From Eledone cirrhosa (lineage: Eukaryota): DNA of 64,000 nt. The DNA is taken from NCBI GenBank assembly GCA_964016885.1, contig OZ024741.1:12834001-12898000 (forward strand). The letters run 5' to 3'. A program made the position numbers and the translations under genes. The notes beneath the pieces were generated by a model. That model saw only the letters and a program-made list of their open reading frames with translations. It searched no databases and was not told the DNA's origin. Positions 15,001-27,089 of the stretch are shown one piece after another (position 1 is the stretch's first letter; each line of letters starts with the position of its first letter).

Positions 15001-17121
15001 CACTGTGAAGTGGTCATGTAGGTGTCATGACAAAAAGCACTCAGTCCACAGTGTAAAGTGGTCATGTAGGTGTCATGACAAAAGCCACCCAGTCCACACT
15101 GTGAAGTGGTCATATAGGTGTCATGACAAAAAGCACCCAGTCTACACAGTAAAGTGGTCATGTAGGTGTCATGACAATAAGCACCCAATCCACACTGTAA
15201 AGTGGTCATGTATGTGTCATGACTAAAAGCACCCAGTCCACACTGTAAAGTGGTCATGTAGGTGTCATGACAAAAAGCATCCAGTCCACACTGTAAAGTG
15301 GTCATGACAAAAAGTGCCCAGTCTACATTGTAAAGTGGTCATGTAGGTGTCATGATAAAAAGCACCCAGTCCACAGTGTAAAGTGGTCATGTAGGTGTCA
15401 TGACAAAAGCCACCCAGTCCACACTGTAAAGTGGTCATGGAGGTGTCATGACAAAAGCCACCCAGTCCACACTGTAAAGTGGTCATGTAGGTATCATGAC
15501 GAAAAGCACCCAGTCCACACTGTAAACTGGTCATGTAGGTGTCATGACAAAATGCACCCAGTCCTCACTGTAAAGTGGTCATGTAGGTGTCATGACAAAA
15601 GGCACCCAGTCCACACTGTAAAGTGGTCATATAGGTTTCATGACAAAAGGCACTCAGTCCACACTGTAAAGTGGTCATGTAGGTGTCATGACAAAAAGCA
15701 CCCAGTCTACATTGTAGTGTGGTCATGTAGGTGTCATGACAAAAGGCACCCAGTCCACACTGTAAAGTGGTCATGTAGGTGTCATGACAAAAAGCACCCA
15801 GTCCACACTGTAAAGTGGTCATGTAGGTGTCATGACAAAAGCCACCCAGTCCACACTGTAAAGTGGTCATAAAGGTGTCATGACAAAAAGCACCCAGTCC
15901 ACTCTGTAAAGTGGTTAAGTAGGTGTCATGACAAAAAGCACCCAGTCAACACTGTAAAGTGGTCATGTAGGTGTCATGACAAAAAGTATCCAGTCCAGAC
16001 TGTAAAGTGGTCATGACAGAAAGTGCCCAGTCTATATTGTAAAGTGGTCATGTAGGTGTCATGATAAAAAGCACCCATCCACAGTGTAGTGTGGTCATGT
16101 AGGTGTCATGACAAAAGCCACCCAGTCCACACTGTAAAGTGGTCATGTAGGTGTCATGACAAAAGGCACACAGTCCACACTGTAAAGTGGTCATGTAGGT
16201 ATCATGACGAAAAGCACCCAGTCCACACTGTAAACTGGTCATGTAGGTGTCATGACAAAAAGCACCCAGTCCACACTGTAAAGTGGTCATGTAGATTCAT
16301 GACAAAAAGCACCCCGTCAACACTGTAAAGTGGTCCTGTAGGTGTCATGACAAAAAGCACCCAGTCCACTCTGTAAAGTGGTCATGTAGGTGTCATGACA
16401 AAAAGTGCCCAGTCTACATTGTAAAGTGGTCATGTAGGTGTCATGACAAAAAGCACCCAGTCCACACTGTAAAGTGGTCATGTAGGTGTCATGACTAAAA
16501 GCACCCAGTCCACACTGTAAAGTGGTCATGTAGGTATCATGACGAAAAGCACCCAATCCACACTGTAAAGTGGTCATATAGGTGTCATTTCAAAAAGCAC
16601 CCAGTCCACACTGTAAAGTGGTCATGTAGGTGTCATGACAAAAAGCACCCAGTCCACACTGTAAAGTGGTCATGTAGGTGTCATGACAAAAAGCACGCAG
16701 TGCACACTGTAAAGTGGTCATATAGGTGTCATGACAAAAGGCCCCCAGTCCACACTGTAAAGTGGTCATGTAGGTGTCATGACAAAAGGCCCCCATTCCA
16801 CACTGTAAAGTGGTCATGTAGGTGTCATGACAAAAAGCACCCAGTCTACATTGTAGTGTGGTCATGTAGGTGTCATGCAAAAGGCACCCAATCCACACTG
16901 TGAAGTGGTCATGTAGGTGTCATGACAAAAAGCACTCAGTCCACACTGTAAAGTGGTCATGTAGGTGTCATGACAAAAAGCACCCAGTCCACACTGTAAA
17001 GTGGTCATGTAGGTGTCATACAAAAGGCACCCAGTCCACACTGTAAAGTGGTCATGTAGGTGTCATGCAAAAAGCACCCAGTCCACACTCTAAAGTGGTC
17101 ATGTAGGTGTCATGCAAAAAG
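1..17121 (+). repeat. 48-bp satellite array (consensus CATGACAAAAAGCACCCAGTCCACACTGTAAAGTGGTCATGTAGGTGT), about 356 monomers, continues beyond the window start
   Basis: Uninterrupted tandem monomers with occasional 47/49-bp and 37-bp variants. The ORF track shows long duplicated blocks at offsets 2690, 3123 and 3459 bp. Confidence 0.99.
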
Positions 17122-17139
17122 TAAAATTTTTGGAAAACC

Positions 17140-17245
17140 TAAAGTATCTCATGCAAACATGGAAAAACAAACTGAGATAACAACGATGATGATGATAACT
17201 ACAATGATGATGATGATGACGATGATAATGATGATGATGATGTGT
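17140..17245 (+). mobile_element. RTE-type 3' terminus (CATG stem-loop plus (GAT)n tail) closing the satellite
   Basis: tcatgcaaacatggaaaaacaaac...aacgatgatgatg resembles ccatgctagcgtggaagaacggacgtaaaac-(gat)n at 20908-20963 and at 40307-40356. Confidence 0.65.
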
Positions 17246-17619
17246 ATATGACTGTCTCACTCAGACACATGAAACAGCTTTTAAGAGAGAACAATTTCAT
17301 GATTAATATATGTAGATCAACTTTACATCAACTTTGTCACTGCCGATTGAGAGAAAGAGAAGTGTCAGGTTGACACTAACAGAGAGGGTGACGGAAAAGG
17401 AGGGAGTGAGAGGAAAGACAGAGGAGAGTGTGCGGGAGGAAAGATAGTGTGTATGTCTGTGTATAGGGGAGAGAGAGGGAGAGAGATGAAGGGAATAGCA
17501 ACAGCTGTTTGATGTTTTTAATCAGCTCCACATCAGCTGTTATCGTTTTTTAAATATTATATAGAGGTTGTTGACAGTATTTGTTATGGGAGACCCAATC
17601 AGCGGGGTTGTGGGGTCCT

Positions 17620-18430
17620 CAGAGAGTGAGGGAGCCAGATTAAGAATGGACAGGATGAAGTTTAGGGAGCTAGAACCTTTGCTGAAAACAAAGGGTTTCT
17701 CTCTCACAGTAAAGAGTCAACTGTATGATGACTACATGTGAACTGCAATGCTACATGGTAATGAAATATGGGCCTTGACTACAGAAGACCTACATGCGAA
17801 CTGCAATGCTACATGGTTGTGAAATATGGGTCTTAACTGCAGAAAACCTACATGGCTGTGAAATATGGGCCCTGACTGCAGAAGACCTACGTGTGAACTG
17901 CAATACTACATGACAGTGAGATATGGGCCTTAACTGCAGAAAACCTACATGTGAACTGCAATGCTACATGACAGTGAGATATGGGCCTTGACTGCAGAAG
18001 ATTTACAATGACTAGAAAAAAAGGAGTATACTCCAGTGGGTATGTAATGTTAGTTTGCATTAATGACAGCATAAGAGAGCTGAGAGGAAAACTTGGCATA
18101 AAAGGTATCCAATGTAGTGTGCAACAGAGAAGACTGCACTGGTAGCGACATGTGATGTGTTTGGATGATAAACATTGAAAGAAGTGACAAGAAATCCCAG
18201 TGGAAGAATGGTACACTGATTTGGACATGTGATATGTATGGAAGATGACAGCTGTATAAAGCAAGGCTGTGAAATCTCAGAGGATAGAACTCATGGAGAA
18301 GGTAGACATAGGAAGACATGGGAAGATGTAGTGATGACCAATTCCAGAATGCTGAAACTCATGACAGATGGCAAAGGGCCATAATGATTGGCGACATAAG
18401 GTACTAGAGAAGACCTGCCTGCTAGTATAA
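17620..18430 (+). mobile_element. Degraded RTE LINE 3' fragment with an internal 58-bp tandem expansion (about 5 copies, 17732-18000)
   Basis: Homologous to the RTE C-terminal region (GWKKFREL, RTAMLHGSETWAL, RRLRW); many stops. Confidence 0.8.
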
Positions 18431-18575
18431 AAAATGTGGTGTGACCCTCCCCCACTCCACCACTGTTCCTATTAATTATTCGCATCATCATTGAACCTGA
18501 CACAGGATCACACTCCACGTCTAAATCTTAACAGACCCGTCTCAACTCCTTAGTGGCTATTCACATCCTTACAGA

Positions 18576-20963
18576 AGGAGGAGAGTGACTTGGTGGTGGA
18601 ACAATAAGGTAGATGAAGCAGTCAAGGCCAAGAGACAGGCATGGAAAGAATGGAAGAACGGGGGGAGCAGGGTACATTACATAGAGACCAAGAGGGAAGC
18701 TAGGCGACAAGTATACTTAGCTAGGAGGGAAGCAGAGGATAGAAAATTCAAGCATGTTTTACAACGTGAGGACCAGAAACAGGAGGTATTCAAGATTGCG
18801 AGGCAGTGTGTCAGAGATAGTTGTGATGTCATTGGAGAGAAGTGTATCCGGAATGATAAAGGTGAGCTTGCCCTCACAAGTGCTGAGAAGAAAGATGCAT
18901 GGAAGAGTCATTATGATAGATTACTAAATGAGGAGAATGCATGGGAAGAAGAGACCCTACCCCATGTAGACCCTATAGAGGGACCAGCAGTACAAGTCAG
19001 CGGCAGCGTAGTAAGTAAGGCAATCAGAGATATGAAGATGGGGAAGGCAACCGGTCCATCGGGTATAGCTGCCGAGATGCTGAAGGCATCTGGGTCTGTA
19101 GGTCACACTATAACCACACGTATCGTTAACCAGGTAATACTAGAAGGGGCCATACCAAAAGATTGGTGCAGTAGCATCATTGTCAACTGCTACAAAGGTA
19201 AAGGCGATGCACTAGATAGAGGAAACTATAGAGGTATAAAGTTGATGGACCAGGTCATGAAAGTAACAGAAAGAGTTATAGCACAGCTGATTAGGGACCG
19301 GGTGAATATAGACGAGATGCAATTTGGGTTTGTACCAGGGAGAGGCACCACTGATGCCCTCTTCCTTGTGAGGCAATTACAGGAAAAGTACCTAGCTAAA
19401 AGTAAGCCACTCTACTTGGCATTTGTCGACCTTGAGAAAGCCTTTGACAGAGTTCCACGTGCAGTAATCTGGTGGGCTCTTAGAAAACTAGGAGTAGATG
19501 AATGGCTTGTGAAAGCGGTACAAGCCATGTATAGGGGAGCAGTCAGCAAAGTTAGGATTAGCAATGAGTATAGCGAGGAATTTAGCGTACAGGTTGGGGT
19601 CCACCAGGGCTCTGTTCTTAGCCCTCTCCTGTTCATCATAGTCCTGCAGGCAATAACGGAGGAGTTTAAGACTGGATGCCCATGGGAACTCCTGTATGCT
19701 GATGACCTCGCACTCATAGCTGAATCTATGGTAGAACTAGAGAATAAATTCCAAACCTGGAAGCAGGGACTAGAGAGAAAGGGCCTCAAAGTCAACATGA
19801 CAAAGACTAAGGTCCTTGTAAGTAGACGAGAAAACAGAACCCAGATCCCCTCAGGGAAATGGCCTTGCTCAGTATGTAGGAAAGGTGTAGGTAGGAACTC
19901 CATTCTCTGCCCCAAATGCAAACAATGGGTACACAAGAGATGTAGTGGGATCTCAGGAAGCTTAATTAAGAATGTAGGATTCACATGCAGCAGCTGTGCT
20001 GAAACAGCAAGCAAAGAGCCACAGGAAACAAGTACCACCAATCTCTGGGAGGGCCCTGTAGAAACAGTAGACAGCTTCTGCTACCTAGGTGACCGAATTA
20101 GCAACGGAGGTGGGTGCTCAGAAAGTACAATAACTAGGGTAAGAACGGGATGGAAGAAGTTTAGGGAACTACTACCACTGCTAGCTGCAAAAGGCTTCTC
20201 CCTCAGAATGAAAGGCAGACTGTATGATGCGTGTATCCGAACAGCGATGTTGCATGGTAGTGAGACCTGGGCGCTGAAGGTGGAAGACTTACATAGATTA
20301 GAGAGAAACGAAGCCTGCATGCTCCGATGGATGTGTAACAGTAATATACGTGAACGACAAAGCATAAAGGAATTGAGAGAGAGACTGAGCATAAGAGGAA
20401 TCAAATGCTGCGTGCAGGAGAGGCGGTTACGCTGGTATGGACATGTGATGCGTATGAAGGATGACAGCTGCATAAAAAGGTGCAGAGCACTAGAAGTTGA
20501 TGGAAACCGCGGAGTGGGGAGACCCAAGATGACTTGGGATGAGGTGATAAAAGCCGACCTTACCCAACTACACCTCTCAAAGACAATGACACACGACCGT
20601 GACTTCTGGCGTCACGCAGTAATACAGGGTACCCGACCTCCCATGGGTACATGCTGAAGCATATAAACAATATTCCCCCACTCCCCCCACCGCAAGGTGG
20701 TCGTGGAGGTGCCACGGCAAAAAAGCACCCAGCCCACACTGTAAAGTGGACGTGTAGGCGCCACGAAAAAGCACCCAGCACTCACTGTAAATGAGGTTGG
20801 TGTTAGGAAGGGCATCCAGCTGTAGAAATCAAGCCAGATCAGTTCCTGTATGAGCAAGGCATGGTCAGCCGACCAGACACTGCCCACAACAGGACAACCC
20901 GTCTAACCCATGCTAGCGTGGAAGAACGGACGTAAAACAGTGATGATGATGATGATGATGATG
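18576..20963 (+). mobile_element. Young 5'-truncated RTE-clade LINE (copy 1). Open ORF 18585-20657 with RT and PHD-like finger; 3'UTR with two 48-bp units; (GAT)n tail
   Basis: RT motifs YRGIKL, QFGF, FVDLEKAFD, GVHQGSVLSP, LLYADD. Possible TSD acagaa at 18571-18576 and 20964-20969. Confidence 0.97.
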
Positions 20964-21026
20964 ACAGAACCTCCTAGTTTTTCAATTAGTGTATGTCTGC
21001 TGTATTTTTTATCATCACCAACATTA

Positions 21027-21290
21027 GAGGCAGGGTCTAGTGGTAAGGGTGTTGGACTTATGATCCTAATGTTGTGGGTTCAATTCCTGGGCTTGGTTGT
21101 GTGTTGTGTTCTTGAGCAAAACACTTCATTTCATGTTGTTCCAGTATACTCAGCTGAAAATGAGTACCAGCAATAGCTGGGGATTTCATTCTGTAATAGG
21201 CTGGTGTCCTGTCTTGTACTCTCAGTTTACATCAGAAGATTGGGATAAGCACTGGTCTGTTGAGCTTTCTGTTTTGAGACAGACTTTAGA
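21027..21290 (+). mobile_element. tRNA-derived SINE with a CORE-like segment
   Basis: Box A-like tctagtggtaag, box B ggttcaattcc, ttgtgttcttgagcaaaacactt. Related copies at 33101, 54835 and (minus strand) about 37500-37640. Confidence 0.7.
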
Positions 21291-21508
21291 CTTTAGACCA
21301 ACATTAGAGAGCTTGTCGTGAGAGCTTGTTAATGCTTTGACGCAACAGATGAGTCCTCTCAACCCTTTTGGGGTGGTTTCTACTGTTGAATTCTAACATT
21401 GAATTCTCTTTCCCACTTTAAGTCACTCTCTCTTTACTTATTTATTTTTCTTTTTTCTCTTATTTCTCTCTAACTTTCTCAATTACTCTATTCCTCTTCC
21501 TACTAAAG

Positions 21509-21591
21509 TGCCTGCAATGAAAACTTAGAGTTACTCAATGCTTTGGAGAAAAGATCTGATGAATTACAAAAAGTTCTTGCACAGAAAATGG
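21509..21591 (+). CDS. CCDC125: Coiled-coil domain-containing protein 125 orthologue, internal exon A (ACNENLELLNALEKRSDELQKVLAQKM)
   Basis: AG/GT boundaries, phase-compatible with the next exon, coiled-coil composition. Confidence 0.7.
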
Positions 21592-21823
21592 GTAAAGAAT
21601 ACTTCTTTGATATTTTAACCTTTTTTTTTTTACCAACTTGACCAAAACTTGACTGTGCCAGCTGTATTTTATCATGACATCACAACTTGGGAGGTAACCA
21701 AAACTTTTACACAATTGAAGAAACCTCTTGACTTATTGTATGGCAAATTTTCTATGGGTGGAAGCCCTTCCTATCACCAACCACTTTAAAGTGTACTGGA
21801 TGCATTTTATTAGGGCTTATTAG

Positions 21824-22005
21824 GGCAGTGGATTGCAGTATCAGTAGAGCGTCAGACACTGTGCTTTGTAGTATAGAGTTATGGCCCTTTACGTTGTGGG
21901 TTCAAATCCTGTTGAGGTTAACTTTGCCTTTTATACTTACAGGGTCGATAGAATAAAGCACCAGTAATGTACTGGGGTAATTGGCCTTGTGCCAAGAATA
22001 GAAAG
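21824..22005 (+). mobile_element. tRNA-derived SINE (family with gactttgcctttcatcc...gtcgataaaataaagtaccag core), diverged copy
   Basis: Similar to the copies at 35548 and 51155; box B gttcaaatcc. Confidence 0.75.
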
Positions 22006-22349
22006 AATTATTGCTTATGCCCTTGACACAACTGAAGAGTCCTCTGTTAAGGACAGGACAACCTCCCCAGGGTTGGTGATTTACACAATAAACACACCCA
22101 GTACACACAGTAAAGGGGTTGGTAATAAGAAGGTTATCCACCCACAGAAATCTTGCCAAACAAAAGATTGAGAGGATCCTCAGCTGTGTGTAAGGCAGGT
22201 GAACCTCACCTGAGCACTCAATGGGACAAGAGAGAGTATATAAGACACAGATCCCTGGCTTGGGAGATCAGTGGCCACTGCCTCAGTACTGAGTTGGTCT
22301 ATATAGACCTGTACAACCCTTGCAGGGAAAGTGAACGTTAAAACAACAA

Positions 22350-22615
22350 AAAATGATGATGATGATATATATAAGGGTCAAGAGGACTCTTCAATTGAGT
22401 CAAGGGCAGATGATAGTCATGATGGTGGTGATGGTGATGATGATGCTGTTGATGATATTGTTGATGATACTGATGATGATGTTGATGATGATACTGATGA
22501 TGATGGTGATGATACTGTTGTTGATATTGATGATGATATTGATGATGATATTAATGATCATATTAATGATGATGATACTGATGAAGATGTTGATGAGGAT
22601 GATGATGATGTATGA
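22350..22615 (+). repeat. Degenerate (GAT)n microsatellite expanded from an RTE tail
   Basis: GAT repeats follow an RTE-like 3' end at 22090-22350. Confidence 0.85.
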
Positions 22616-22642
22616 TAATGTATGTATTTTCTCCCACCCCAG

Positions 22643-22758
22643 CGGTAACCAGAGAACGAGATGAGTTACTTGCCCTTCTTGATGTCCAAGACAAGATAAA
22701 GTATGACCTGGTCCACAGCAATCCAAACGATAAATACAGTAGTTTCAGTACATCAGAG
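22643..22758 (+). CDS. CCDC125: CCDC125 exon B (AVTRERDELLALLDVQDKIKYDLVHSNPNDKYSSFSTSE)
   Basis: cccag|CG...GAG|gt, 116 nt, phase 1 to 0. Resembles the recalled vertebrate CCDC125 segment LEALAMLDIKQ. Confidence 0.8.
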
Positions 22759-23219
22759 GTGGGTCATATTATTACATAGTCTTTCTCTAGTCACACACAC
22801 TCACACACACACACACTCATATATCACACACTCACACACACATACACACACACATATCACATAGTCACACACACACTCACATACACACATATATCACATA
22901 ATCACACACATACATCACATACTCACACACACATATATCATACATTCACACACACACCATACACTCACACACACACACACATATCACATACTCAAATACA
23001 CACACATATCACACATACATATGCATATATCTCACATATATACTCACACACACATACACACACATATCACACATCACACACATACACACAAGCACATGGA
23101 ATGGACTTCCATCAGTTTTAATGATGAAGGTTCCAATTGGAGATATTTAATTAGTCCTTAATATTTCAGGAGAAAATTCTCTTTGTCAAAAAAAATATTA
23201 TAGAAACTACGATGGATCA

Positions 23220-23600
23220 GGAGATCCCTGTCTTCTTTAGGTACCACTTTAGAAGGAGAATCAGGGTGGAGAGAGAGGCACTGCACCCCAGTAAATTTAC
23301 TGAAAGGTGGGTGAATGTAGCAAAAATGGCTCAAGTGATTGGGCCTTCTCTGTATATAAACCCGTAGGTTAAAGAAGAGAGCAAAAGGAAGAGAGGAACA
23401 CTTGCCCAGCATGCTCCTGGAGTTGAGGGTTGTTCTATCTACGGGGTATAAAACAACCCATTTGTAATGCCTCCCCCCTATTGGGGATTTTGATTGTTGA
23501 ATTTATGTTAACATTTTTTACACGATTGTATGTAAAATCCCTGCCATATGTCTTTGTATTGTCCCCCTTTCTTGTGCGCCCTTGTGTCAAATAAAGAAAT
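23220..23600 (+). mobile_element. Probable L1/Tx1-clade LINE 3' end (FRYHFRRRIRVEREALHPSKFTERWVNV...*), 3'UTR and AATAAA
   Basis: C-terminal F..RW motif typical of L1/Tx1 ORF2; aataaa near 23590. Confidence 0.5.
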
Positions 23601-23831
23601 ATATCCTTACTCTTAATATTTAAAGCTCTATTTGTATTACTGTAGCTCTCTAAAATATTGCTTTCAACAATAAAGTTATTTTATAAGTGTGCTACAACTA
23701 AAAAAAGAGATAACAGGTTCAGTTTTCTGATAGTTCACCATGTTACTTTGGGGCCAATCTGTGTAAAATATTAGTAACAATAGTACATATTATTAGATCC
23801 ACTTTGGCTTTCATCCTTTTGGGGTTGTTAA

Positions 23832-24036
23832 CCCATTAGCATTTACATTACTCTACATATACTATTATATTTTGTGGTAAAGGCTTTAACTCACTTAATT
23901 ATTTCACATAATATCGAATCTATGAGATTTTGGTTTATTTTGAGAACAATACCTTAACATTAGTATGAGCAGCCAGTTTGAACAGAAAGAAGTGAGAGAA
24001 TTCTGGCCGGATATGACAGGGTTACATGCTAAAGGG
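23832..24036. mobile_element. piggyBac-type MITE
   Basis: TTAA-CCC...GGG termini with TIR cccattagcat/atgctaaaggg; inverted homolog at 26563-26789. Confidence 0.8.
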
Positions 24037-24287
24037 TTTTAAAAAGTACCAGCCCACTTCTGGTGCAGCTCTTTTTCCTTCTAGCTGTCATTTCCTAGAT
24101 GTTCAAAGGAAGGAGGACTAAGAGAGCGGTTATGTCTGTTTGTGACTGCTCAGGCACCTAAAACCTCAGTGAAACCATGGTCCATACTACCAAGTCATAC
24201 TCAATTACAAGTGATGACTGTAGTTTATATATTTCTAAACACTACTTTGGAAGTCTTGTGATGACATATTTTAATTAAATATTTCAG

Positions 24288-24395
24288 TTGGCTGTTTTGG
24301 GTGCTTGTATTTGTCGAGGGCAAAAGTCAGAGCCGTGTGGCTGTGCCTACTCAGCTGCCAATATGCACCGAGAAGTTCTCAGACTCAGAGAAGAG
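24288..24395 (+). CDS. CCDC125: CCDC125 exon C (LAVLGACICRGQKSEPCGCAYSAANMHREVLRLREE)
   Basis: ttcag|...|gtatt, 108 nt. Matches the recalled conserved CCDC125 motif LAVLGACLC...PCSCA. Confidence 0.9.
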
Positions 24396-24759
24396 GTATT
24401 TACACTATTTCAATAATCTTTCTATCATTTGGTATTGTTGTTGTCAATGTTGTTGTTCCCTTTTATTTTTGTTACAGCTATATTTGTATATTTGTTTGCC
24501 AGTCTTTCTGTCCATCTGTCTGTCTGATAGCAATGTGTCTACCAACCTATCTATCTATCTACCTATCCTTGTCTCTGTCTGTCTCCTTATATATATATTG
24601 TTTCAATGTTTTAAAATAATCAATATTGTTTCTTAATTCCAGAAACCATGGTTGGAGACATAATTTAGGGTTAAGTTTAATATGTATAATTACTTCTCTG
24701 AGTTGACATTTTCTCTTTTCATTGATGTTCCCACATTTTATATATTTGTATATATATAT

Positions 24760-26115
24760 ATGCCTGGGAAAAGTACAACAGATGCCCTCTTCTTGGTGAG
24801 ACAACTACAAGAGAGGTTCTTAGAGAAGAATAAGCCACTATACTTAGCCTTTGTTGACCTAGAGAAGGCCTTTGATAGGGTACCCCGATCTGTCATCTGG
24901 TGGTCCCTAAGGAAACTAGGTGTTGAGGAATGGCTTGTGAGGACAGTGCAAACTTTGTACAGAGGTGCTGTCAGTAAAGTCAGGGTAGGAATGGAGTTTA
25001 GTGAGGAATTCCAGATACAAGTACGTGTACATCAGGGTTCGGTCCTCAGCCCGCTCTTGTTCATTATAGTCCTCCAAGCCATAACAGAGGAGTTTAAGAC
25101 TGGCTGTCCATGGGAACTTCTCTATGCTGACGATCTGGTTCTTATAACAGAATCAGTAGAGGAGCTAGAGAATAAATTCTGGCTATGAAACAGCAGTTGG
25201 AATCAAGAGGACTGAGAGTGAACCTAGCTAAGACAAAAGTGTTGATGAGTAGAAAAGAGGACAAAACCCTGATTCCGTCAGGGAAATGGCCATGTTCAAT
25301 ATGCAGAAAAGGAACTGGCATAAATTCTATAAAATGCACACAATGCAGATCCTGGGTACACAAGAGATGTAGTGGGATAGCAGGCAAACTAACAGGTAGG
25401 GAGAAATATGTATGCAGTAGATGTACAGGGAAATTAGACAGTAGAAGTCGCATTGATAGACACATTTTTCAAATGCAGGCGGGTGCTATAGAAGTGGTGG
25501 ATAGCTTCTGGTACCTAGGAGATCAGAATAGCATGGGGGGGGGGGTTCCGAGGCCATAGTATCTAGAATAAGGAAGGGTTGGAAGAAGTTTAGGGAGCTG
25601 CTTCCTCTGCTGACGAAGAAGGGTTTCTCCCTGCGTATGAAAGACGGTTATATGATGCCTGTATGAGGAGCGCAATGCTGCATGGTAGTGAGACATGGCA
25701 GCAACTGCAGAGGATATGCGACGGCTGGAGAGAAATGAGGCAAGCATGCTCCGTTGGATGTGCAATGTCAATGTGCGTGAACGACCCAGCATGGATGTGT
25801 TGAGAGAGAAACTGTGTCTGAGAAGGATAGAATGTAGTGTGCGAGAGAGGAGACTGTGGTGGTATGGATATGTGATGTGCATGGAGGATGACTGACGGGT
25901 GAAGAAGTGCCAGGAAATGCCAGTTGAAGGAAGACGTGGTAGAGGTAGACCACGAAAAACATGGGCGGAGGTGGTGAGAGCAGACCTCAGATCGCTGAAG
26001 CTCACGGTGGAGATGATGAAGGACCGTGACAAGTGGAGAGATGCTGTGCTGAATAAGACCCGTCCCACCCTTGCAAGCAGGGAAAAGCGGACGTAACCTG
26101 ATGATGATGATGATG
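24760..26115 (+). mobile_element. RTE LINE, second family, 5'-truncated and frameshifted
   Basis: RT motifs (FVDLEKAFD, QGSVLSP, YADD), PHD-like cysteines, terminus cccttgcaagcagggaaaagcggacgtaa-(gat)n. Confidence 0.93.
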
Positions 26116-26562
26116 ATATATATTATGTACATATGTAAACAAATGTGCAGATATAATTGAAAACATACAAATCCACATATACACTCCCAGATACTATTTT
26201 GGTGTGTATATGTTAGTTGCAGAGAGTTTATCCACATAAAGTTTGTAATAAAAGAATTATTAAACTAAGAAATTGGTTTTCTTCCCTCTTTATAAATAAA
26301 TTACTATAATTAGCCATATTTTTTATGGCATGGGGTCAGTTAGTATAATATTATAGCAGATATACTGCCCAATATACACATTCAATTTCATTATAATATA
26401 TATGAAACATGTATTTTGGGGAGTATATCTGCTAATTCCTCATCAAATAATTATTAATGAAGATTTAAATACAGCTTAACTTAATTCTTGGAGAAAGGAT
26501 GTAGTTCCTTAATTTATAAGCTACCAAACCTTTAAAAACTGTAAAATATTGTTATGATTTAA

Positions 26563-26789
26563 CCCTTTTGCATTCAAACCGGCCATAGCCGGCCAAAATT
26601 CTCTCATCTCTTTCTGTTCAAACCAGCTGTAACTGGCCACTCATACTGATGTTAAGGTATTGTTCTCAAAATAAATATCAAAATTTCATAGATTTGATAT
26701 TATGTGAGATAATTATGTAAGGTAAAGCTTTTACTGTGAAAATACAATAGATGTAGTAGTATATATAGAGTAATGTAAATGCTAAAGGG
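26563..26789. mobile_element. piggyBac-type MITE, inverted relative to 23832-24036
   Basis: TTAA on both sides, TIR cccttttgcat/atgctaaaggg. Confidence 0.85.
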
Positions 26790-26887
26790 TTAAATGATAA
26801 ATGATTGTTCATTTTCCACCAAGAAGGTGGCCAGTCAAAAATCAATTCAAAATTCTAAAACGACATACATGCATCTCTCTCACACAG

Positions 26888-27089
26888 TTGGAATTCAGTC
26901 AACAGCAATCTCAAGACAGTTATATGTTAGCCAATGCATATAGGTATGCTTTTGAAGAACAGTTATTCAGCTTCCGACAAATGATGAAACAAATCAATGA
27001 ATTAAACCTGAAGAAATCATCAATACCAATAACAAAACGTAGATCACAGAATACCAATGGAGGAAAGAAGGAATCAGTTTTGGAATTAT
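26888..27089 (+). CDS. CCDC125: CCDC125 exon D (LEFSQQQSQDSYMLANAYRYAFEEQLFSFRQ...KKESVLEL)
   Basis: cacag|...T|gtaag, 202 nt. Matches the recalled CCDC125 motif EEAYVMADAFRIAFEQQL. Confidence 0.9.

Noticed and set aside
96-16903. Long Cys/His-rich ORFs on both strands (CRCHDKKHPVHTVKWS and MTTLQCGLGAFCHDTY repeats) as metal-binding or heme-binding proteins
   Set aside because: By-product of a 48-bp (3n) monomer with a stop-free frame on each strand. Frameshifting 47/49/37-bp monomers are common and the unit derives from a non-coding UTR.
22331-22726. Poly-Asp, poly-Met and poly-Ile ORFs
   Set aside because: Translations of the (GAT)n microsatellite.
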